Positions 13,589 to 23,152 of a stretch of DNA of 64,000 nt are shown one piece after another (position 1 is the stretch's first letter; every line of letters begins with the position of its first letter). The position numbers and the translations under genes were made by a program. Below the pieces are notes generated by a model that was not told the DNA's origin, did no database searches, and worked only from the letters and a program-made list of their open reading frames with translations. Location: the NCBI GenBank assembly GCA_000004985.1, contig GG738857.1. One strand, written 5' to 3'. This DNA comes from Naegleria gruberi. Its lineage: Eukaryota.

Positions 13589-13952
13589 TTTCAGAATTTA
13601 ATTTTTCTAAATATTTCTTTTTTTCTGTATTTGGATTTAAAATTGAAATTAAATTTGATGGAATTAATGATTCTCTTTCTTTTAATATTTCTTCATTGGA
13701 TTTTTCAATTAATTTTAATTTTTTAGTTTTTATATTATTATTATTATTAGGAGTATTTGATGATATATTATTATTAATAGTTGTCGTGTTATTTGATGAT
13801 GAAGGTGATGATGATGATATACTATTATTATTATTATTTAAATTTGATGGTGATGGAGGTGGAGTAGAAGTATTGTTGTTACCTAATAAACGATTTCTTC
13901 TCTCTGCTGCTAAACGACGATAATCAGCAAGTGGATCCGATGATGATGACAT
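13575..13952 (-). CDS. S/N/P-rich N-terminal ORF, probably the 5' part of the UBX gene; joins the downstream part only through a +1 frame break at 13575-13590
   Basis: 125-aa ORF (MSSSSDPLADYRRLAAERRNR...KKYLEKLNSENEYR*) overlaps the next ORF by 14 nt in a different frame. No GT donor exists on this strand within about 240 nt upstream of its stop, so no intron can join them. The breakpoint lies next to an A-run (GAAAATGAATATAG). Confidence 0.4.
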   Translation of the reverse strand: MSSSSDPLADYRRLAAERRNRLLGNNNTSTPPPSPSNLNNNNNSISSSSPSSSNNTTTINNNISSNTPNNNNNIKTKKLKLIEKSNEEILKERESLIPSNLISILNPNTEKKKYLEKLNSENEYR

Positions 13953-14315
13953 TTTTTTTTAATGTTCATTGTTCAAATTGATCCAATATTTACTGTTACA
14001 TTGATTCAATAGGATGAACTTGAAGTGACACTCATAATTATTTTAAAAATTACCAATGGAAAACCAACAACTTCATTTGAATAATTGTAAACTTTTCCCA
14101 TTGAAATAGCTTGTAAAACAATTTCTATGTCTGATTCTTTAAATTAAACTTGAACTTGTTTCCATTGAACAAGTTTAAATTGTTTAAGTTTACCAAACTC
14201 TTCAGCCTTAATATCAAAAAATTTTTATTGAAAGCAATATTACACTTAAAGCTACAATTAAGGTTCCTTTTTAGAACAGCTAGAAATATTATGTTGAAAG
14301 AGAATTAATGTGAAA

Positions 14316-14386
14316 TCGGGTGTGGTATAGTGGTAGCATTCCAGACTGTCACTCTGGCGACCCGGGTTCAATTCCCGGCACTCGAG
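14316..14386 (+). tRNA. tRNA-Asp (anticodon GTC)
   Basis: Hand-folded cloverleaf. Acceptor TCGGGTG/CACTCGA (one G-U pair). D-arm GTATAGTGGTAGCAT. Anticodon stem CCAGA/TCTGG with loop CTGTCAC, anticodon GTC. T-arm CCGGGTTCAATTCCCGG. Discriminator G. Confidence 0.8.
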
Positions 14387-15055
14387 ATTAATTTTTGACA
14401 TTATCTCCAAAATTTGAGTTTTAATTTTTTCATCATAAGAGGAATGATATGTAATCTAGCCAATTATCAATTTTCAAAGTTATATCTCTTAAAACCACCG
14501 AGAAAATAATCAAAGATTTTAAAGTGTCATATTCCTTAAAAATATTCCAAGATGCCCTTTTTAGTTCCATTTGTTCTTTCCTCTCATTGTTTTCCTGCAT
14601 AACTCAATGGTTGTTGATATGATGGAATTGCCTTCTTATCAAATGTCTTAATTTCAACACGAAGAGCAAGAAGAAGATATCTATTTGGGAGAAAATTCAA
14701 ATCCAAAATTGGAATATATTCTCTAACTTTAATATTTTGTAAAATATTGATTGACAAAATTGAAAAAACACACCTTCCCATTTGAGATTAGGAATTAATT
14801 TCCAAAAGTATTGAATACTTGCAATCATGATTACCTTGTTTTTGGTTTCTTCTGCATTGATGGATTGAAAATTTTTGGGTTAACATTTGTCGAGTAATGG
14901 AGCTAGACCATTGATCAGTTTGATTGTTGGCAGTTAAAGCTTTTGTGTAAAATGGAAGAAACAACTTGTTTTGGATCTAGATCATCTAATCTAGTTTCTG
15001 ATAGATTGTTGAAAGATAAGGAAATTTCCACTGCCAGTAAACGAAGATATCCAAT

Positions 15056-15067
15056 CTTATATTCATT
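15056..15067 (+). promoter_or_regulatory. Conserved TATA-like upstream element CTTATATTCA(T/A)T at -29..-18 of 5S rRNA copy 1; identical element and spacing at 17024..17035 for copy 2
   Basis: The same 12-mer sits exactly 17 nt upstream of both 5S genes, while the rest of the 5' flanks diverge. A -25/-30 TATA-like box is a known requirement for 5S Pol III transcription in several eukaryotes. Confidence 0.45.
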
Positions 15068-15084
15068 GTGTTTGGGAAATGAAT

Positions 15085-15202
15085 GGCTACGGCCATATCA
15101 CGATGAATGCACCTCATCCCGTCCGATTTGAGAAGTTAAGCATCGTCGAGCCACATCAGTACTGAGGTTGGAGACAACTTGGGAACCTGTGGTGCTGTAG
15201 TC
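15085..15202 (+). rRNA. 5S ribosomal RNA gene, copy 1 (118 nt), followed by a T5 Pol III terminator
   Basis: GGCTACGGCCATA...CATCCCGTCCGATTTGAGAAGTTAAGC...AGTACTGAGGTTGGAGACAACTTGGGAACCTGTGGTGCTGTAGTC matches the eukaryotic 5S consensus. Helix I pairs 5' GGCTAC with 3' GTAGTC. Box-A/box-C-like internal regions are present. TTTTT follows. Confidence 0.9.
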
Positions 15203-15368
15203 TTTTTATCTTTATGGAGAGTTTGTTCATTTACAAGTAAGTTTAACGATGATTAATCTGTCTTTGGAAAGAGGTTAATGAAAGGAAGAAGTTTTGTTTG
15301 ATATTAACAATATTGGAAGCTTGTTTTTATTGATTCATTACAATATTGAGTACTGCCATTTTAAACAA

Positions 15369-15905
15369 TTAGAAAGCATTAATCAACTTTTTAGCTTCAG
15401 AATCAGCAGATGGACTTTGTCTTTCATTAGCAACCTTCATAATAAGAGTCAAATTGCAATCCAAAGTGACAACCAAATCAGTACCATTAACCTTGTAAGA
15501 ATATCCAAGGAAACCAGAAGATTCCTTACTATCAGCATTGTGGACAACTCTGAAAATCAATTTTTCCAATCCCATGAAAGCATCCTAACAATCAGGATCC
15601 TTGATGAATACCTTGGCAATTTCACTCATATTACTCAATCTTGGACTTTCAGTTAAGAATTTGATGCAATTATTCAACAAGGTATCTTCAGCAAATCTAT
15701 CACCATACTTGTATTTGGTTTCAGTTGGCAATGCAGCAAGAGAAGCCCAATCCAACAAGATGATCATCTTTGAATTGACTTGTTGAAGATTCTTGGTTGC
15801 AGGAACAATACGATTGTTGAATAATTCACGAACTACCTTCTTGAATGCCAAACCACTTCCACACATGTTTTCATTGAATAATTCTTCGTGAGTTTGTTGA
15901 GTCAT
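15369..15905 (-). CDS. Conserved-looking small protein gene (about 177 codons) interrupted by one in-frame TAG at 15585..15587; possible pseudogene, readthrough or sequence error
   Basis: Two track ORFs (15585..15905 and 15369..15575) are in the same frame, separated only by TAG plus 9 nt (...FIKDPDC * DAF MGLEKLIFRVVH...). Both halves show biased, highly-expressed-type codon usage with C-ending codons. No GT-AG intron can remove the stop; the only candidate is 40 nt and gives the wrong phase. Confidence 0.5.
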
Positions 15906-17052
15906 TTTGATATAAAGTTTGTTGAGGAGTTTTCAGATACAATCCAATATTGAATATTGTTTTTTTGTGTTGTTTTTATCATAAAGAATGGTCAATTGGA
16001 ATTTATAGAAATTTTATTGTGTAAGATTACAATATTTACAATGGAGTTTAATAGAGTCAATGGTTTTCTGAGAATTGAATTGGTTGAACATTTGTGGAAC
16101 AACCTTATTGAGAAGTCAGTAAGAGGAATGGTAACACCTCAGTATCATCTAACTATCGAATAGAACTCAACACAATTGGATATGAATAAAGGGAGGATAT
16201 TAGTTTACAATATTCTCATTTAACAGTCCTGATCGAGTTGCTTAAAATAATTAGTTGGGAACTCATTGTAACTTTTGGAACCACCAAAACGAAAAAAAAC
16301 TACATGGACATGTAAACACGCTCTCATGCAACATGCATGAATGGAAGTTGTCTTATGCCTATCAAAGTTAATATGAACCCAAAAATCTTCATTTCAAACA
16401 GGAATTCGTAATAGAACAAATTACGATTATGATTCAATATTATGAGGACGAATAAGCACATTATTACAAAACCTTAATATAGTGATATTCTAAAACTGGA
16501 GAACTAGTTACTTTGGAATGATCAAGGTGAGGAGTAATGTTATTGAAACGGAACGACAATTTATTGATTAGGACGGTTGTTTTGTTGTTTTTTGTCATTT
16601 TCTTTTGTTTATTCATGATTTTCATTAAATCAAAAATGTATCAACTTGTAAATAATTAAGTTGGAGGAATGGCTATTGCAATGCCAAAGGATTTTTTTAT
16701 CATCTTAATTGAAACATTCTACATTATTGCCTAATTTTTAATTTCTAACTACTACATGTTACGCAATTTCAAAGGCAATACTAAACTTCAAAGTGTTACC
16801 TCATCTTGGATGCTTGCAAACTGATAGCAAATAATGCTCAATTGAGAGTTGGTGTTTGGAATTTGTTTTGTAAAGACTTTGGAAAAGTTCAATATTTTCA
16901 CCTCTACTCTTATTTAAATCTTCAGCAGACAAATCATAAATATTTCCCAAAGAAATTTGAGAAGGTTGTTCAAGTGTGTTTCAATTAGGAGGTGTTAATA
17001 TTAACCGGGTTGATGATGTTAGCCTTATATTCAATATATTAATGTAATTGAT

Positions 17053-17170
17053 GGCTACGGCCATATCACTATGAATGCACCTCATCCCGTCCGATTTGAG
17101 AAGTTAAGCATAGTCGAGCCACATCAGTACTGAGGTTGGAGACAACTTGGGAACCTGTGGTGCTGTAGTC
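17053..17170 (+). rRNA. 5S ribosomal RNA gene, copy 2 (118 nt), followed by a T5 terminator
   Basis: Identical to copy 1 except nt 18 G>T and nt 60 C>A. Those two positions are predicted to pair in helix II, so the G:C to U:A change is compensatory. About 100 bp of 3' flank is also conserved between copies (TTTTTATCTT...CATTTACAAGT...AAGTTTAAyGATGATTAA...GTCTTGAAAGGAAGA). Confidence 0.9.
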
Positions 17171-17284
17171 TTTTTATCTTTTGAAACATCAAACATTTAC
17201 AAGTTCAAATTAAGTTTAATGATGATTAAGGTTTAAGAGTCTGTCTTGAAAGGAAGATGATGAAGATTATTTCTCTAAGAAAAA

Positions 17285-20212
17285 TTAATCAATCAAAACA
17301 ACCTTATTGAAAACTCTTTTAACAAGAGAGGCTTGATAAGTATTACATCCCAAAAGAAGTGAAGGTAGAATTGGTGCAAAAAAGACAGCAACTTCATCTA
17401 AGGCAATTGATTCAGGATGATAATCCATCATGTAATCAGTTAATAAAATTAATGAAAAGAAAAGGGAAATATCACCTGCACCATTCGTCTGCATTTCTTC
17501 AACAACAATATCACATAAGGATGAAAAAATCTTACCAAATTGTAATCCTATTAACTCAATTGCTCTAGATTGAACAAGTAATAAACCAGAGACTAGTATC
17601 TTATCTTGATAAGTTAATAGTAGATTTCTAATCTCTTCAGTTGTGTAAAAATCATAACTTGTCAAGTATTTCACAACCATAAGATATCGATCAATATTTT
17701 GGGCAAATATAGCTTGTGATCTATTACCATCATTTCTCAGTAAATCGTTATACATTAATCTTCCAAGTGCCCAAGAGGCATGAGTGAGAGTATCTATACG
17801 TTTTGATAAATTACTTGCATCAATGATAATTTGATCAGTAAAGAAAGTTTTAGGAGGTAAAGCTTCCTCAAATATTGTTGGTAATATAAAGTCATAGACA
17901 AAGCGTTTTCCTATAATTGTTGAAATATTAATATCACATGTTGTTGTATTTGTATCATGACCATCATTATCAAAAGGACACAAATCCAATAGTCCAACAT
18001 TACTCAGAATTCCAATTAACTGATAAATAGATCCTCTGGAAGTAGTTGATGAAATCTCAGTATATTCAATATAAGATCGTATCAACTTGGTCAAGAAGGT
18101 AAAGTAATTGCTCTCATTGAAAAAATTACAAATAGATTCAAAATTAGTAATTCTAGAAATTTCCTTAATAGCAACAATGTACGCTGATACAATTTCAACG
18201 TGCTCTTGAAGAGTACCATCTCTCCATATTTCTTCAATCTTTTCCTTAATATATAAAAGTATAGTTTTGAATTCAAATCCATCCTTAATAAAATCATACG
18301 AATCGTGTAGAGTTTCAAAATAGAAAATAATATTCTTCTTGTGATTTTCTGCTTTCTGTTCATCTGAAATATTTGATTGTGTCATGTATTCCACTCCATT
18401 ATTAGATTTACAAATAATTTCAAATAGACGAGTCAATAAATTTCTAAAATCGTCTACAAATGGACTATCAGAATATTCAATCTTATCAATTAGAGCACTT
18501 AATAAGATGCTATATTGTGACATGTTTGAAATGTTGGCTTCAAATGATTTGATGACACTTTTTATCAAATCATCAGTGATTCTAGATTCATGTACTTCAC
18601 TAAAATAGATTGATAATGAAAAACATGTATTCTCCCTCAATATTTCATCTGATGAATATAAATTCCTTTTCCATATTTCTAAAATTTTCAAATTAAACTC
18701 TGAAAGGTAATTAAAAGGTATTTTGAATTTTGAATTTCTCCTAATAAGTTGTTGCAATTTGATTTCATTACCAGATAGAAATAGTCTACTGAGTGATAGG
18801 GAAGCAAGCGTAGCAATTCGTTTTAAAATAGTATTTGATGGATAGTCATCATTTTCATTCAAGGTATTGATTAGAAAATCTCCAAAAGGGAATACAAAAG
18901 CCAATGCAAATTCTAGCTTGGCAAAACTAGTACTATACTCTGCATCTGTTGGAGGAGTACACAATTCTTCTAAATTTAAGCAAATAGTATTTAAAATTTT
19001 CGTTTTTACAATCCAAACATATTTTCCACAATTTCTAGAATTTACATTATTGATAATTGAAGAGTTGGACAAATCCTTCACTTCCTCATAGTCCTTATCT
19101 ATGAGGGATTTGATAAATTGTGCACTCAATGGTTTGGAGCCAGAAATATAAACCAATACTGAATTGGCAACATCTGAAGTTTCATCCTTCACTTTTTGAT
19201 TCCCTAATAATTGCTTTAATTCTGTATTTGGAAGTTCTGAAAAGTCATAAATACATTCTGCCAATATTGGTAAGTAAAATACAAATATTATACAATAGAA
19301 CCCCTTTAAAGTACTAATAGCTTGTGAATCCATATTGTGAGGAAGTTTTCTCTTTGGAATTACATCTTCCGAATCATCTTCCGAATCATCATCATCTGAA
19401 ATGTCATCATCTTCAACTGAACGTCTATCCATAAACTCTTGAAAAATAGACCAAAACAATAAAATTTGACGTAATAGTGCAGAATCTTGTTCTCGCAGTC
19501 GCCACTCTTGTCCACTAGTATTATCCTTGTAGAATTTTTCCTTCTTTTCTGAAAAGTATTTCAATAAAGCCAACATTGTGAAACATGATAATGAAGAACA
19601 TCCCTTCTCTCCAAATTCATAAATTGATTGTTTGCCCCAAGTTGTGAAGTCAACCTGCAACAATGTATAAAAGTGCATAATTATGTGTTGCCAATCTTGC
19701 ATATCATCCATAATATTCATTTGAAATGAATTGACAGTTTCTTTTAATATTGCTTTTGCAGCAATTTCCTTTGCACACTTTACAATACCAGGTGCAACAC
19801 TTTCTTCAATATAACTAAAGAATTGTAATATAGGTTCACTATCTAACTCTTCAACCATTTTAGTATACAATCCAGCATAAAGAAATATTACAATCATAAT
19901 TCTAATAGAAATCTTCTTTCCATCATCTTCTTTTGCAAAAGATTCAGTCAACCAAAACTTTTCACTCTCGGAAATTAAATCCTCATAACCGTATAGTTTT
20001 AAAACTTGATTAATCGTTTCTATTGTTTCCTGTTTGATTTTTGCTAAAACTTCTCTCTTCTGATCAAGTGTTTCAAGATGATGAATTTTATCTCGGATAA
20101 AAAGACAAGCCTTTTCAAAAAATTGTTTTAAACTATTATCTGATAGAGTACATGGATGAGAGGTGGAAACAAATTGTTTGGGTGTGAGTGGAAAGGATGG
20201 CATTGATGTCAT
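17285..20212 (-). CDS. Hypothetical large protein (975 aa), single continuous exon
   Basis: Uninterrupted 2.9-kb ORF starting ATGACATCAATGCC... Coding-type composition with no low-complexity tracts. Acidic DDDISDDDDSEDDSED stretch. No domain recognised by eye. Confidence 0.6.
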   Translation of the reverse strand: MTSMPSFPLTPKQFVSTSHPCTLSDNSLKQFFEKACLFIRDKIHHLETLDQKREVLAKIKQETIETINQVLKLYGYEDLISESEKFWLTESFAKEDDGKKISIRIMIVIFLYAGLYTKMVEELDSEPILQFFSYIEESVAPGIVKCAKEIAAKAILKETVNSFQMNIMDDMQDWQHIIMHFYTLLQVDFTTWGKQSIYEFGEKGCSSLSCFTMLALLKYFSEKKEKFYKDNTSGQEWRLREQDSALLRQILLFWSIFQEFMDRRSVEDDDISDDDDSEDDSEDVIPKRKLPHNMDSQAISTLKGFYCIIFVFYLPILAECIYDFSELPNTELKQLLGNQKVKDETSDVANSVLVYISGSKPLSAQFIKSLIDKDYEEVKDLSNSSIINNVNSRNCGKYVWIVKTKILNTICLNLEELCTPPTDAEYSTSFAKLEFALAFVFPFGDFLINTLNENDDYPSNTILKRIATLASLSLSRLFLSGNEIKLQQLIRRNSKFKIPFNYLSEFNLKILEIWKRNLYSSDEILRENTCFSLSIYFSEVHESRITDDLIKSVIKSFEANISNMSQYSILLSALIDKIEYSDSPFVDDFRNLLTRLFEIICKSNNGVEYMTQSNISDEQKAENHKKNIIFYFETLHDSYDFIKDGFEFKTILLYIKEKIEEIWRDGTLQEHVEIVSAYIVAIKEISRITNFESICNFFNESNYFTFLTKLIRSYIEYTEISSTTSRGSIYQLIGILSNVGLLDLCPFDNDGHDTNTTTCDINISTIIGKRFVYDFILPTIFEEALPPKTFFTDQIIIDASNLSKRIDTLTHASWALGRLMYNDLLRNDGNRSQAIFAQNIDRYLMVVKYLTSYDFYTTEEIRNLLLTYQDKILVSGLLLVQSRAIELIGLQFGKIFSSLCDIVVEEMQTNGAGDISLFFSLILLTDYMMDYHPESIALDEVAVFFAPILPSLLLGCNTYQASLVKRVFNKVVLID

Positions 20213-20256
20213 TTTTTTAATAATTAAATTAAATATTTTAAATATTTTTTTATTGG

Positions 20257-22879
20257 TTAATCAGTATTATTTAAAGATGATTGATATAAAATACAATCAT
20301 TAAAAAATTGTTGAACTTGTTTTTCTTTTTGTTTAAATAAATCTGAAGCATGTTGAAGTGATAAATAGGCCAATGAATCTAAATTTTGAGTTAAACAAAA
20401 TCTATATAAATGTTCAAATAAATAAGAATCATTTAAATGAGAAGCAATTTGAAAACATTTTTCATAAAATCCCTTTCTCAATGTATATAAAAAGTATTTT
20501 CTATATATAGTATGAAAATATGAATCTGATTCTAAATGTTTATGTAGGGATGCATATTTTTCTAATAACATGTCTAAAAATTCCTCAGATAATGGATCTA
20601 CATGTATTCTACTTAATAAAAATGTTAAAAATTCTTTCAAACATAATTGAAATTCTTTTGGATTTGTTAAATTTCTAATAATTGAATATCCCTCTTTTAA
20701 TTTGTGATGAATATTCAAGTGAATAGATAGAAAATGTGCATTAGATGCTGGTTCAATATTATTATCAATGAATGCACTTAATAATCCAAAATCAATTTTA
20801 AATATACAAATAGGTCCCTTCTCAAAACAAATTAACAATCTTTCATAGGGTAACATTGTACCTTTCATTAATTGTTGTTGTTGAACTGCTGCTAATTCCA
20901 TTGAATTGTTACGACTTCTTTTGAAAAATCCATTTCCACCACCACTACCACTACCACTACCACCACCACCTGAATAATTATTGGAATTATTGGATAATGA
21001 TTGATTATTACCTAATAAAATAGATGTTTGATTAGAGGAGGAGGAGGATGAATTAAATCTAGGTGATTGATTGGTAGCTGATGAGGATGATGAGGATGAT
21101 CTGGGTGTATTAGGTGCATGTGTACCTGAATCTGTGTGTAATGATGTTGAATCTAATGTTGAATCACCACTTGTCATGAATTGTACTGAACTAAATATTA
21201 AATTATTATTAGTTGTTGATGTTGAATTATTAATATTATTATTGGTAGTAGCATTGTTATTATTTGAATTTGAATTTGAATTAATTAAATTACTTGGTGT
21301 AATACATTTAATAATTGAATTTCTTAATGGAATTTGAAAATCAATAAAATTTAAACCACAATCGAATAAACAAATTTCATTAGGTGAAGAAACTAATAAC
21401 ATTGAACCTGATGGATGCCATTCAACATGTGTAGGTCTAAATCTACCAGGTAATGATTGTACTGTTATACATTTAAATTTAGATGTTTTACTATTTATAT
21501 TATCATTACCATATAAAGATAATTTAAATGATGAAAATAATTTAACTTCACCATTTGCACAACAAATACAAACATGTTTTTCACTTGGTCCAATTGCACA
21601 ACATGTTATTTCACTTTCTGTTTCAATAGTTTTATATTTACTTTTTTTAACTTGTTTTCCAATAATTTCATAAACACACCAAACAACTGACATGTTGTCA
21701 CTTGACAATTCTAATGTATGAAATGTATTACTTCTATAATTACTAAATGTATAAAATACTATTATACGACTAGCTTGTACTGTTCCAATCACTTGTATCA
21801 TTTCTCTATTTTTTAATATTTTTAATAAAATTAATTTAAATATAATTTATATAAATTAAATTAAAATATTAATTAAAAATTAAATTAAATTTTTAAAATA
21901 TTAATTAAATTAAAAACATACTTATCATCTTGTCCTCTTAAACTAATTTGTGCAATTAATAAAGAATTTCTAGTAGCTTGTCCACATAAATAAGTTTTTG
22001 GTAAATTCATTTTCATTGATTTTAATAAAGTTTCTTCATGTATTTTATCCATCATTAATTTTACATTTTTACTATTTTTAGATAAAATTTCTAAAAATAT
22101 ATTATTATAATTTTGAAATAATGGATTTTCTATAAATATTAATTCAGCATTCATTGATTGTACAATAATAAATTCATTACAAATTGAACCAGTTGATAAT
22201 AATTTAGATTCCATCATTTCATAAAATAATCTATCAATTTGTACTATTTGAATATCAGATGTTTTAGGATGTAATTTCCAATGAATTAAATGTCCACTTT
22301 CTAATATGGTTTGTAATATACATGTTTGGGAATCATAATATATGGAAATTACTTTAAATGAATTTAATTCTTCTGCACTTTCTTTAAATATTTTATTTTG
22401 TTTATCAGAAAATTCACATGAATGTCCTCTTTCTATATTTATATTATTATATTATTATATTATTAAAATTAATTAAAATTATAATATTTTAAAAAATTAA
22501 TTTAATATTTTAATTAAAAATAAAACATACTTTTTAAATAATCTTTTAATAATTTTTGTTTATCAAAATTATAAGAATAACCATTAAATAAAATATTAAA
22601 AGTATTAGAAAGTGATGTATTTGTATTAGTATTTGAATTATTAGATCTACCACTATATACTATTATATTATTACCAATACCATTATTATTATTATTTAAA
22701 GAAGATGATCGTTGATGTGGATTAAATATACTCCTCCGATTAAATGATGATGATTCGGATGATGATTGTTGTTGATTATTATTGTTGTTGGAGGAGAGAG
22801 TGGAGAGTGGTGATGTTTGTTGTTGTGAATATTGTTGTGTTAGAGTGGGTGATAATATTAATACATTCGCTTGAAACAT
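20257..22879 (-). CDS. Hypothetical conserved protein (802 aa), 3 exons: join(20257..21805,21921..22431,22531..22879); introns 115 and 99 nt; possibly a WD40/beta-propeller trafficking protein
   Basis: Track ORFs 22514..22879, 21885..22217 and 20257..21801 join in frame using GTATGT donors at 22530 and 21920 and TAG acceptors at 22432 and 21806. The phases (1 then 2) are consistent, and the intervening segments are more than 90% AT. Confidence 0.7.
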
Positions 22880-23152
22880 TTTTTTTAATATTTTAATATT
22901 TAATTTAATTGAAATATGTGATGATTGACACTTGATGAGTTTTGGTTTATTTAATAAATTATATCATCAATTAATTGATGAAGATTATAGTATAATAGCT
23001 GTGAATGGTTAGTAAAAGTACTATGAGTTTATTTGTAAAAGGAATGACATACGAATAAAAGATAGTGATCGGAGGAAGATGGATAATATCATGATAATAA
23101 TAATAATTATAATAAACATTGATGAAAATACGTCACTAATCTTTATTAAAAA

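Noticed and set aside
14584-15131. ORFs 14584..14781(-) and 14943..15131(+) next to the tRNA-Asp and 5S loci
   Set aside because: The second runs into the 5S rRNA gene. Neither has coding-like composition or motifs.
15546-15585. 40-nt GT..AG segment that could excise the in-frame TAG of gene 15369..15905
   Set aside because: Splicing it leaves T + AG, i.e. TAG again in frame, so the phase is wrong. It is also shorter than any other intron here.
15957-16988. ORFs 15957..16163(+) and 16806..16988(+) between the 5S copies
   Set aside because: Short, with no homology signal. Probably promoter or spacer for gene 15369..15905. Dictyostelium class-I RNA and snRNA consensus motifs were searched by eye and not found.
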